A DNA stretch of 64,000 nucleotides from Clostridium sp. (GTDB taxonomy: Bacteria > Bacillota > Clostridia > Clostridiales > Clostridiaceae). Shown piece by piece: positions 31,322 through 40,626 of the stretch (its first letter is position 1; each line of letters starts with the position of its first letter). The notes beneath the pieces were generated by a model. That model saw nothing but the letters and a program-made list of their open reading frames with translations, did no database searches and was not told the DNA's origin. The position numbers were made by a program, and so were the translations under genes. Location: NCBI GenBank assembly GCA_036820645.1, contig DAISLB010000005.1:9346-73345 (forward strand). Direction: 5' to 3'.

Positions 31322-31876
31322 TTAGAGATTTGCGTTTATCTTTAACAGCTCCATAGCAGCTTTCACACTGCGATCTTTTTTATCTTCTCTAGGATCTACT
31401 AATCTCAAAGCATCTTTTGGGCATTCTTTGACACAGGCAGGTTCTCCTCCCTCTTCCTTGCATAAATCACATTTATAAGCTGCTGCTCTTACTTTAACCT
31501 GGATTCCACCTGTAACTACATTACCTTCAGTTCTAGGAAGTAAACTTACAGCCCCTACCGGACATACTATTGTACAGGTCTGACATCCTATACATGCACT
31601 TTCATTTATAATGATACTTCCATCTTTTTCAACTATAGCATTAACCGGACAGGCATTTAGACATGGTGCGTCTTCACAATGTCTGCATTGTACCGGCATT
31701 ACATTACCTTTATTTTTAACAAAGAACAACCTTGGAGTTACCTTATTATTCATAGTTCCAATGGTTTTCCCTTGATTGTATTTTCTATGTTTTGCAGCAC
31801 AGGCAATTTCACAAGATCTACAGCCTATGCACTTGTCAGGATCGGCTATTACAAAAGAATTAAACTCTGGTTTCAT
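31322..31876 (-). CDS. hytE1: 4x[4Fe-4S] ferredoxin-like subunit HytE1
   Basis: Four Cys clusters, paralog of hytE2, upstream of hytA. Confidence 0.85.
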   Translation of the reverse strand: MKPEFNSFVIADPDKCIGCRSCEIACAAKHRKYNQGKTIGTMNNKVTPRLFFVKNKGNVMPVQCRHCEDAPCLNACPVNAIVEKDGSIIINESACIGCQTCTIVCPVGAVSLLPRTEGNVVTGGIQVKVRAAAYKCDLCKEEGGEPACVKECPKDALRLVDPREDKKDRSVKAAMELLKINANL

Positions 31877-31902
31877 TTAACTTACCACCCCTCTTTTAAT
31901 TT

Positions 31903-32658
31903 TTACGCGTTCTCAAAAATACTTTTAATATCTTTGGCTGTAACTTTTTTCTTGCAGCTGCTGCACATAAGCTTTTCTGGCTTCTCTACTCCCAATCTAT
32001 CATAAGCATATTTTACGTGTTCTTCGGTAGCAAAATATTCTCCGCACAAATCACATTTAACCATCTTAAATTTTTTGCCCCATATTTTTCTTTCTCCATC
32101 TTTGTCCACAACTTTTATTGCATTAGTTGGACAAACATTAGCACAAGAAGCACATCCTATACATTCTGGTGAAGGTTCATGATATGGAGTTGCTACTTCT
32201 TTATACATACCCCTGTTGACAGTTGAAATTGCTCCGGTACCCAGCTCTTTGCAAGCTTTTGCACAAAGTCCGCACAAAACACAATTTTCTTCTGGATCCA
32301 ATTTGAATCTTTTTACTCTCTTTTCCTCTACTCCAAAGACTTTAGCTAATTCATCTACCTCTTTATTTTCAGGACACCTTACTTTAAGAAGCATAACTAT
32401 GTTCTTTCTCATTCTCTTTATTTCATCGTCATTAGTTACAACTTCTACTTCTTTACTTACAGGGAATATACAAGAAGTAACTATCTTTGCACGTCCCCTA
32501 TCTATTACTTTTACTATACATAGCCTACAGCTAGCAAGCCCAGGTAATGCATCACTATGACACAGTGTGGGTATATATATATTATTTCTTCTTGCTATTT
32601 GTAATATAAATTCTCCTTTTTCAGCTTCACAAGCTTTTCCATCTATTGTAATTTTCAT
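31903..32658 (-). CDS. hytD: NuoG-N-terminal-like Fe-S subunit HytD
   Basis: IPTLC...SCRLC [2Fe-2S] plus CVLCGLC and CIGCASC. Confidence 0.85.
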   Translation of the reverse strand: MKITIDGKACEAEKGEFILQIARRNNIYIPTLCHSDALPGLASCRLCIVKVIDRGRAKIVTSCIFPVSKEVEVVTNDDEIKRMRKNIVMLLKVRCPENKEVDELAKVFGVEEKRVKRFKLDPEENCVLCGLCAKACKELGTGAISTVNRGMYKEVATPYHEPSPECIGCASCANVCPTNAIKVVDKDGERKIWGKKFKMVKCDLCGEYFATEEHVKYAYDRLGVEKPEKLMCSSCKKKVTAKDIKSIFENA

Positions 32659-32673
32659 ATTTACATTCACCTC

Positions 32674-34473
32674 CTATAGAACTTTAACAGCGTTAAACTT
32701 ACAGATGTTCATACAGTTACCGCATCTCACACACTTATCCGCATCTATTGCATGTGGTTTCTTAATTTCCCCTGTTATGCAATCAGCCGGACAATTCTTT
32801 TTACACATATCGCATCCAATACATTTATCTTCATCTATACCAAATGTAGTAAGTTCCTTACAAACTCCTGCTCTACATCTTTTATTATTTATATGCTCTT
32901 CAAATTCATCTCTAAAATATCTTATAGCAGCTTTTACTGGATTTGGAGCACTCTTGCCAAGGCTGCACAGAGATGCCTTGCTTGTCATGGAACATATTTC
33001 AAGAAGTTCTTCTATATCTCCTTCTTTTCCATTACCATCGCATATATCAGTGAGTATCTCCAGCATCCTTTTTACGCCTTCTCTACATGGTACACACTTT
33101 CCGCAAGATTCTTCAGCCAGAAAACTCAAGTAATATCTAGTTACATCTACCATACAGGTTCTATCATCCATTACAATCATTCCACCGGAACCCATCATAG
33201 AATCTGCTTTAACTAAAGTGTCGTAATCTACTGGCAAGTCTAGATATTCAGCTGGTAAACATCCTCCTGAAGGTCCACCTATTTGAACTGCTTTAAACTT
33301 TCTGTCATTTAATACTCCACCGCCAATGTCATATATTATTTCTCTAAGAGTAGTTCCCATAGGTACTTCTACAAGTCCAGTATTCTTAACTTTTCCAACT
33401 AGTGAGAATACTTTTGTTCCCTTGCTCTTCTCCATAGTTCCTATAGCATGATACCAATCTCCGCCTTTTTCAATTATTATAGGTACATTGGCCCAAGTTT
33501 CTACATTATTTAAAACAGTAGGCTGTCCCCATAACCCTTTTTCTGTAGTGTGTATATATTTAGCTCTAGGTTCTCCTACCATACCTTCTATAGATGACAT
33601 AAGTGCAGTAGACTCACCACATACAAAAGCTCCTCCACCTCTTACTATCTGTATATCGAAGGAAAAATCAGTTCCTAATATATTATTACCTAATAAGTTT
33701 TCTTCTTTTGCTTTATTAATAGCTTTCTGCATATTTTCTACAGCAAGTCCATATTCATCTCTTATATAAGCAAATCCATTTGTACCTCCTACTGCATAAG
33801 CACACAATGTCATACCTTCTATAACACTATTAGGATCTCCTTCCATTATACTTCTATCCATAAATGCTCCAGGATCTCCCTCATCACCATTACATACTAC
33901 ATATATAGGTGATGTATCAATGTCTGCAGCAGTTTTCCATTTACGTCCTGTTGGAAATCCTGCTCCACCTCTTCCCCTAAGACCTGATTTTGATATTTCT
34001 TCAAGCACATCTTCAGGCTTCATACTACCTATTGCTTTTTTAAGAGCTTTATATCCGCCTCTTTCAACGTAATCTTCCAAACTTATTGGATCTATTTCGC
34101 CAACATTTCTGAGGGCAATTTTGTATTGTCTTTTACAGAATTCACTTTCTTTATGATTTCTTAATCTCTGTTTTGTAGCAGTTTCAAAATATAATAATTT
34201 TTCAATTATTTCTCCATTCATCAACGTCTTTTTTACTACGTCTTCTACATCTTCTACTTTAACTTTGAAATATGCAATGTCATCTGGATATATTTTAAGT
34301 ACAGGACCTTTTTCACACAATCCATCACAGCCTGTTGCTTTTAATTTAACATTTACTTCTGCGTTTGCACCTAATTTAGCTATTTGTGCCTTCATTTCTT
34401 CATATACTTCCATACTGCCTTTAGCTAAGCAGCCTGTCCCACAACATATATTGACAGTTTTTTTATCACTCAT
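32674..34473 (-). CDS. hytB: NuoF-like flavoprotein HytB
   Basis: GLRGRGGAGFPTG, CNGDEGDPGAFMD, ESCGKCVPCR, C-terminal 2x[4Fe-4S]; ATG 34473 behind AGGAG. Confidence 0.9.
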   Translation of the reverse strand: MSDKKTVNICCGTGCLAKGSMEVYEEMKAQIAKLGANAEVNVKLKATGCDGLCEKGPVLKIYPDDIAYFKVKVEDVEDVVKKTLMNGEIIEKLLYFETATKQRLRNHKESEFCKRQYKIALRNVGEIDPISLEDYVERGGYKALKKAIGSMKPEDVLEEISKSGLRGRGGAGFPTGRKWKTAADIDTSPIYVVCNGDEGDPGAFMDRSIMEGDPNSVIEGMTLCAYAVGGTNGFAYIRDEYGLAVENMQKAINKAKEENLLGNNILGTDFSFDIQIVRGGGAFVCGESTALMSSIEGMVGEPRAKYIHTTEKGLWGQPTVLNNVETWANVPIIIEKGGDWYHAIGTMEKSKGTKVFSLVGKVKNTGLVEVPMGTTLREIIYDIGGGVLNDRKFKAVQIGGPSGGCLPAEYLDLPVDYDTLVKADSMMGSGGMIVMDDRTCMVDVTRYYLSFLAEESCGKCVPCREGVKRMLEILTDICDGNGKEGDIEELLEICSMTSKASLCSLGKSAPNPVKAAIRYFRDEFEEHINNKRCRAGVCKELTTFGIDEDKCIGCDMCKKNCPADCITGEIKKPHAIDADKCVRCGNCMNICKFNAVKVL

Positions 34474-34951
34474 CACTCTCACTCCTATACTCACTAAGAA
34501 TTTCTTCAACTAGTTTAGGTGTTAAATTTCCATAATATTTGTCATTTATCATCATGACAGGAGCTATTGCACAGCATCCTATACAGTTAACTGTATTTAT
34601 TGAAAATTTAAGATTTTCTGTAGTTTCCCCTGGTCCAATTCCTATTGCCTTTTCAAGTTCATCCAATACAACCATAGAACCAGCAACGTGGCAAGCAGTT
34701 CCATCACATACAGTTATTATGTTTTCCCCTTTTGGAGTAAGGCTCAATGCCTTATAAAAAGTAGCCATACCATACAGTCTACTTACAGGCGTATCCAAAT
34801 ACTTAGCTAAATTCTCCAATGCTTCTCTAGGTATGTATTTGTACTTTCTCTGTATATCCTGTAGTATGGCAAGAGTAAATCTCTGCTCTTTAGGATATTT
34901 TTCAATTACATCTTGCCCAGACAGGTCTTCATTTTGCTGTTTAATTAACAT
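34466..34951 (-). CDS. hytC: NuoE-like [2Fe-2S] subunit HytC
   Basis: CDGTAC and CIGCCAIAP. Confidence 0.88.
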   Translation of the reverse strand: MLIKQQNEDLSGQDVIEKYPKEQRFTLAILQDIQRKYKYIPREALENLAKYLDTPVSRLYGMATFYKALSLTPKGENIITVCDGTACHVAGSMVVLDELEKAIGIGPGETTENLKFSINTVNCIGCCAIAPVMMINDKYYGNLTPKLVEEILSEYRSESDE

Positions 34952-35252
34952 TAAATACTTCACCCTCTCTTTTAAATATCATAATTTTTAAATATCATAA
35001 TTGATTTCCCTCTTAAAAACATTAGAAGGAATACTATCAGCTCTAAATAAAATATTCGAGCCTCTATTCTTAAAAAATAATTTTAAAACATACAGACATT
35101 TAATTTAAAATTATTTTAATTACCTTGTTTAAAAATAAAAATATAAATTTAGTACTATTTAGGAACTAATTATCATTATTAAATATTATATTTATTGTTT
35201 TTATATAACTAATTTTTTAAGATTACATTCAAAAATGTATTAGCAAGAATTA

Positions 35253-36041
35253 CTATATTATTCTCTGTGGATTTGTATATATATTCATTCTTTCTCCTCT
35301 TACAAATCCAATTAATGTAACATTTAAAGCTTTTGCAAATTCTATAGAAAGATTTGTAGGTGCAGATTTGGATATCATTATAGGTATTCCAAACCTTGCA
35401 ATTTTATATAACATTTGAAAAGATACTCTACTGCTCACAAGTATTATTTTATCTTTTAAATAAATATCTTTTATAAATGACTCACCTATGAGCTTATCTA
35501 CAGCATTGTGTCTAGCTACGTCTTCACAAATAGATATTACTTTATCTTCGTCACAAAGAGCTGCACAATGTGCTCCTCCCGTGAGTTTAAAAGTCTTGGA
35601 ATATCCAAGATTCTCCCTCATCAAATTATAGATTTTGTCAGCATGCATGTAAACATTGTCATTCTTAATTAAACTAATTTTCATAGAATCTATAATATAT
35701 GAAAAGAATTTACTTTTCTCATCTTCTTCAAATGTAGTAGGAAGTATTTGCTTTGAATACAACTCTTTATTAAATTGACTATCTTTTAAAGTTACCCTAG
35801 ACACTCCATTTTTTTCATCTATCTCCAGAGATTTTATTTCATCTAGAGATTTTATAATACCTTTAAACGCTAGGAAACCTATTGTTAATTCCCTAAGCTT
35901 GTCAGGCGTACATAAGAGTACCGTCAAATGTTCACCATTTACAAATACATTTAAAGGATATTCGCAAATAGTTGATTCCTCCACTGTCTTCTTACACTTT
36001 CTGTCATATTTGACTACATGAAGTCCCACGGTTTTATCCAC
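35253..36041 (-). CDS. fdhD: Formate dehydrogenase accessory protein FdhD
   Basis: TGGAH, EDVARHNAVDK, SSR, SAPT, GFVRG; GTG start 36041. Confidence 0.9.
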   Translation of the reverse strand: MDKTVGLHVVKYDRKCKKTVEESTICEYPLNVFVNGEHLTVLLCTPDKLRELTIGFLAFKGIIKSLDEIKSLEIDEKNGVSRVTLKDSQFNKELYSKQILPTTFEEDEKSKFFSYIIDSMKISLIKNDNVYMHADKIYNLMRENLGYSKTFKLTGGAHCAALCDEDKVISICEDVARHNAVDKLIGESFIKDIYLKDKIILVSSRVSFQMLYKIARFGIPIMISKSAPTNLSIEFAKALNVTLIGFVRGERMNIYTNPQRII

Positions 36042-36573
36042 TTTCCTTACCCCCAATAAAGTTGCTTTCAATAAAATCAGCTACTTTTTTTATATCATTT
36101 ATATCAAATACAGGAATATCAGTTATTAAATTTTCACTAGTTACGATAGCTGCAAAATTTTCAAAATTATATTTAGAGTTTTTGTACAGCAAGCATTTAC
36201 TTGCATCTTTTCTATACACTTCTATTTTGGGAAATTTGTTACCTTTAAAACCTTCCACTATTACAATGTCTACATCCTGAAAAAGCAACAGTAGTTCTTC
36301 TATACTTCTTCTCTGATTTACCTTTCTTATCATGGCCACTGTACTTTCTGATGCAATGACAACATTGTCTGCACCTGCCTCTGTAAACCTAAAACTATCC
36401 TTTCCAGGATAATCTATCTGAAATTTACGAACATCATTCTTTATTGCACCAACCTTATATCCTCTACTTTTTAAAATTCTTATTATCCCTTCTATCAATG
36501 TAGTCTTACCTGAATTTGAACTAGAGGAAATGATAGAAATCACTGACTTTTTATTTGAATATAAATTTTCCAT
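36034..36573 (-). CDS. mobB: Molybdopterin-guanine dinucleotide biosynthesis protein B
   Basis: SGKTT, DYPGKDS, VEGFK. Confidence 0.85.
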   Translation of the reverse strand: MENLYSNKKSVISIISSSSNSGKTTLIEGIIRILKSRGYKVGAIKNDVRKFQIDYPGKDSFRFTEAGADNVVIASESTVAMIRKVNQRRSIEELLLLFQDVDIVIVEGFKGNKFPKIEVYRKDASKCLLYKNSKYNFENFAAIVTSENLITDIPVFDINDIKKVADFIESNFIGGKESG

Positions 36574-37750
36574 TTAAAATATCTCCAATTTTGGCAACAC
36601 TAATTCCCTTTTTCATAATAACCACACCATTTGACTTAGTTAATGTAAAAAGTCCATTGGAATCTTGTCTTCCTACATTGTAAGCATAGTAATGATTGCC
36701 TTCCTTTTTTATATATACATATATATAAGCATCCCTTTCTTTTCCCGATTTAAAATCATCTTTTAAAGTTACAGGAAATTCCTTGGAAAATACGTCATCT
36801 CTTCCCATCATTTTTTTAATGGATGGTGCTACAAAATTTTCAAAGGAATTTATTACTGAAAGTGGATTTCCTGGAAGTCCAAAGAAAAGTTTATCTTTAA
36901 AAGTTGCAAAAACAACTGGTTTTCCTGGTTTAATAGCTACTGAAGTAAACTTCACATCTATTTCTATTTCTCGAAGAACATCTTCTATAAAATCATAATC
37001 ACCTACAGATGCTCCTCCAGTAGTTATAACTATATCTCCCTCTTCAAATGCAGTTTTTATAGCATTAAAAATTTTATCCTTATCATCTCTTATTATCCCA
37101 TAGGATTTAACTTCTGCATTTAAATTTTTAATAAGGGAAATTAATGTGTATTCATTGCAATTTCTTATTTTACCCTGGGTTAAGTTTTGATCTATATTTA
37201 TAAGTTCATCCCCAGTGCTTATTACTATAATTTTAGGAGCTTTATAGCATTTTATTTTGGTATAACCTAGTGATGCCAACAATCCTATTTCTGCAGGTCT
37301 CAAAATTTTCCCCTTTTTTAAAGCAACATCACCAATTTTTATCTCCTCACCAGTTTTAAATATATTGGTTCCAGGAGATACCTTTTCCAATACATGAAGT
37401 TCTTTTCCCTCTACTTTTACTTTTTCTATCTGAATAACTGCATCTGCACCTTTTGGTACTGGAGCTCCTGTCATTATTTTTATGGCTTCACTATTTTGTA
37501 ATACTATATCAGAAAAATCTCCTGCCTTTATAATTCCCTTAATTTCAAATTTTGACATTTCATCTTTAGTATCTTCACTTTTTAAAGCATACCCATCCAT
37601 ACAGGATTTGTTAAATGGAGGAAGATTATCTTTTGAACTTATATCTTGTGCCAATACCCTATTAAGAGAGTTTATCAAGGTAACATCCTCACTTTTAAGC
37701 AGTTTTGTATTACTTATCACTATATTGAATGCTTCTTGTACGTCTATCAC
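36551..37750 (-). CDS. moeA: Molybdopterin molybdo/tungstotransferase
   Basis: SCMDGYA, IMTGAPVP, STGDEL, TGGASVGDYD, LPGNP. Confidence 0.95.
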   Translation of the reverse strand: MIDVQEAFNIVISNTKLLKSEDVTLINSLNRVLAQDISSKDNLPPFNKSCMDGYALKSEDTKDEMSKFEIKGIIKAGDFSDIVLQNSEAIKIMTGAPVPKGADAVIQIEKVKVEGKELHVLEKVSPGTNIFKTGEEIKIGDVALKKGKILRPAEIGLLASLGYTKIKCYKAPKIIVISTGDELINIDQNLTQGKIRNCNEYTLISLIKNLNAEVKSYGIIRDDKDKIFNAIKTAFEEGDIVITTGGASVGDYDFIEDVLREIEIDVKFTSVAIKPGKPVVFATFKDKLFFGLPGNPLSVINSFENFVAPSIKKMMGRDDVFSKEFPVTLKDDFKSGKERDAYIYVYIKKEGNHYYAYNVGRQDSNGLFTLTKSNGVVIMKKGISVAKIGDILNGKFIFK

Positions 37751-37781
37751 AGTCTATCAACTCCTATTGATTTAAAGCTTT

Positions 37782-37819
37782 TGGCCAAAAGACCTTTTTA
37801 ATCAAGGTCTTTTTAGCCA
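37782..37819 (-). terminator. Hairpin after fdhA (terminator or stabiliser)
   Basis: GGC.AAAAGACCTT / AAGGTCTTTT..GCC inverted repeat. Confidence 0.5.
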
Positions 37820-37834
37820 TCTTTATATTAAATA

Positions 37835-39964
37835 TTAAACATTCATCTTTTTCTTTAAATGAGCATATTGATCTTTTATAACTTTTTCAGCTTCTTTTTG
37901 ATCTTTTATAGCTTCTACCTTCACTGCACAATACTTTAATTCAGGAGTTTTTGACACTGGATCTAAATTATTAGCTGTAAGTTCATTACATGCGCCTACC
38001 CACCATTGATAGGTCATATATACAGCACCTTTGTTAGCCCTTTCAGTTACAAGTGCACGGGCAACTACAGAACCTCTTCGTGAACTTACCCTCATAAGAT
38101 CACCATCTATTATTCCCTTAGTCTTTGCATCTGCTGGATTAATTTGTACATATCCTGGTTCATCCGCTAACTGCTGGAGTGCTCTACAGTTTCCTGTCAT
38201 TGTTCTTACAGAATAGTGACCTACTTCTCTAACTGTTGAAAGAACTATTGGATATTCTTCATCTGTTTGTTCCATAGGCGGTCTCCATTCAGCTGCAAAT
38301 AAATTTGCTTTTCCAGTAGGTGTATTAAATTTATTTCCTTTGTAGAGATAAGAAGTTCCTGGATGGTCTTCAGATGGACAAGGCCATTGAATTCCTCCTA
38401 ATTCATCCAATCTCTTATAAGTTACTCCTTTGAAATTTGGGCATAAATTTCTAAGTTCATCCCATATTTCCTCAGTATTGTTATAATGCATATCATAGCC
38501 CATAGCACATGCAATTTCTGAAATTATCTCCCAATCTGGTTTAACATCTCCCTTAGGTTCTACAGCTTTTCTAAATCTCTGGAATCCTCTATCAGCAGAG
38601 CTGAAGACTCCTTCATGTTCTCCCCAAGATGTGGAAGGTAAAATTACATCTGCATGAAGTGCAGTTTTATTCATAAATATATCTTGAACTATCACAAGTT
38701 CCATTTTATCAAGAGTTTCTCTCATTTCTTGAGAATCAGGATCACTTTGAGCTGGATCTTCGCCCATTATATAATAGGCCTTTATTTTATCCTGTCTAAG
38801 CGTTAATTCAGGAACCCGTGTCAGGTGATAACCAACCTTGTTTGAAAGTTTAACTCCCCAAGCTTTTTCAAATTTTTCCCTAATTGCATCGTCAGTTACA
38901 CTTTGATAACCTGGATATACGTTAGGCAGTGCCCCCATATCACAGGCACCTTGCACATTGTTTTGACCTCTTACAGGTCCTATACCTACATTAGGCCTTC
39001 CAAAATTACCAGTTAATAAAGCTATTGACGCTAACCCTTTAACCACATCCACAGCTTGAGCAAACTGACATACTCCCATACCATATAATATCATAGCATT
39101 TTTAGCACCAGAGTACATTCTCATAGCTTCTACTATATCCTCTGCAGGTATACCAGTAACTTTTTCTGCATATTCAGGAGTATAATCCTCAACTATAGAT
39201 TTATATTCTTCAAAACCTACAGTATGATCCTCTACATACTGTTTATCATAAAATTGCTTGTTTATAAGTATATTGGCAAAAGCATTTACAAGAACCATAT
39301 TTGTTCCATTTTTTATAGGGAGCCATAAATCTGCTATCCTACCAGACTCTGTTATACGTGGATCTACAACTATTACCTTTGCACCCTTTTGTTTTGCCCT
39401 AACTATTCTCTTGGCAACTATTGGATGCGAAGCTGCTCCATTATATCCAAAAATAAGCAGTAAATCAGTATCATCTATTTCGTGTATACCATTTGACATA
39501 GCACCATTTCCTAAAACGTAAGCCAGACCGGCTACAGAAGGAGCATGTCAAACTCTGGCACAATGATCTACGTTATTGGTTCCAATAACTGCTCTCATAA
39601 ACTTTTGCATTACATAATTTGCTTCATTTCCAGAACCCCTAGCACATCCTGTTCCCATTATAGAATCAGGTCCATACTTCTCTTTTATTTGTGACAATTT
39701 TGAAGCCGTAAAACTAATAGCTTCATCCCAACTTACCTCTTCTAACTCTCCATTTTTTCTTATCATTGGATGTTTAAGCCTAGATGTCAATATTTTAGGA
39801 TCATTTAAAAAATCCCAACCAAAGTGTCCTTTTAAACACAATGATCCTTCATTTGTCCTACCATTAGCAGGCTCTGCTTTAATTATTTTGTTGTCCTTTA
39901 CATGCAAGTATAAATTACAACCAGCACCACAGTAAGGACAAACAGTTAAAACTTTTTTATCCAT
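37835..39964 (-). CDS. fdhA: Selenocysteine-containing formate dehydrogenase alpha subunit, 709 aa with TGA read-through
   Basis: The 138-aa and 554-aa ORFs are in one frame, separated only by TGA at 39550-39548, giving DHCARV-U-HAPSVAGL; N-terminal CPYCGAGC. Confidence 0.95.
39517..39547 (-). promoter_or_regulatory. Bacterial SECIS element
   Basis: GTAGCC-GGTCT-GGCTTAC hairpin about 12 nt after the UGA, same spacing and GGUCU apex as E. coli fdhF SECIS. Confidence 0.8.
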
Positions 39965-40037
39965 TGTTTAACCCCCTAATAACTTTATATATTAAATTTA
40001 CCTATAAATTACTTTTATCTATTACAATTTCATTTTT

Positions 40038-40066
40038 ATTTTAAAACATTGTGAATTTAAAGTCAA
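40038..40066 (-). promoter_or_regulatory. SigA promoter of fdhA
   Basis: TTGACT (40066-40061), 17 nt, TAAAAT (40043-40038). Confidence 0.6.
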
Positions 40067-40210
40067 TGTTACTAACAATACTTTTGTTTAATTTTTTAAT
40101 ACTTTATTGAGATTTTATTACAACTTAAAATAACATTTCCTCTTTTTCAAGTATTTTTTAATATGGTTTAAAAACAAGTCAAAGCAAAATGTATGTACAT
40201 TGTGTGGAAC

Positions 40211-40241
40211 ATAAAAAGAGAGATCTCCCAACCTCTCTTTA
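40211..40241 (-). terminator. Intrinsic terminator of the small RNA
   Basis: AAAGAGAGG-TTGGGAGA-TCTCTCTTT-TT on minus strand. Confidence 0.7.
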
Positions 40242-40269
40242 AAAATAATAATCTTGACGATTACTTTTA

Positions 40270-40455
40270 TTTTATCCAAAATACCGTTTAACTTTACTTT
40301 GACACCTATCCAAAAATAGGTGGATGTCCTCACAGATGTCTTCATCTGCCTAAACTTTCAATCATAAGTAGGCTCCATGTACCCATCTAAATATTGAACT
40401 TCCGTTTACATAACGTAGGTTCAAAACTAAAGCTTACGTGTACTCCAGATCTTTC
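40270..40455 (-). ncRNA. 6S-like (SsrS-like) small RNA
   Basis: 5' TCTGGAGTACACGTAAGCTTTA pairs with 3' TAAAGTTAAACGGTATTTTGGA; TTGAACC, GGAGCC, GGACATCCACCT, ACGG blocks recall Firmicutes 6S RNA; own promoter and terminator. Confidence 0.6.
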
Positions 40456-40495
40456 ACAGCTATTCAAAATGCTTTGATAACGTTTTTATAAGTTT

Positions 40496-40524
40496 ATTAT
40501 ATAATAAGTCATTTGCCCTGTCAA
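40496..40524 (-). promoter_or_regulatory. Consensus SigA promoter of the small RNA
   Basis: TTGACA (40524-40519), 17 nt, TATAAT (40501-40496). Confidence 0.85.
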
Positions 40525-40626
40525 TTGTACTTTATATATTTTTTTACAGTATTTATTGTAACTGTAAAATATGCACGTATCTGTACTATCATTCTAGCAA
40601 ATAGTCAATATATTCATTTGAAATTT

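Noticed and set aside
39548..39550. fdhA as a nonsense pseudogene
   Set aside because: The TGA is at the Sec ligand position, in frame, and followed by a SECIS.
39965..40210. Moco/Tuco riboswitch or Rex operator upstream of fdhA
   Set aside because: No GC-rich stems typical of the Moco motif; only a Rex half-site (TTGTTA) is visible.
40118..40345. 75-aa ORF upstream of fdhA
   Set aside because: Starts inside the 6S-like RNA and runs through its terminator; no convincing RBS.
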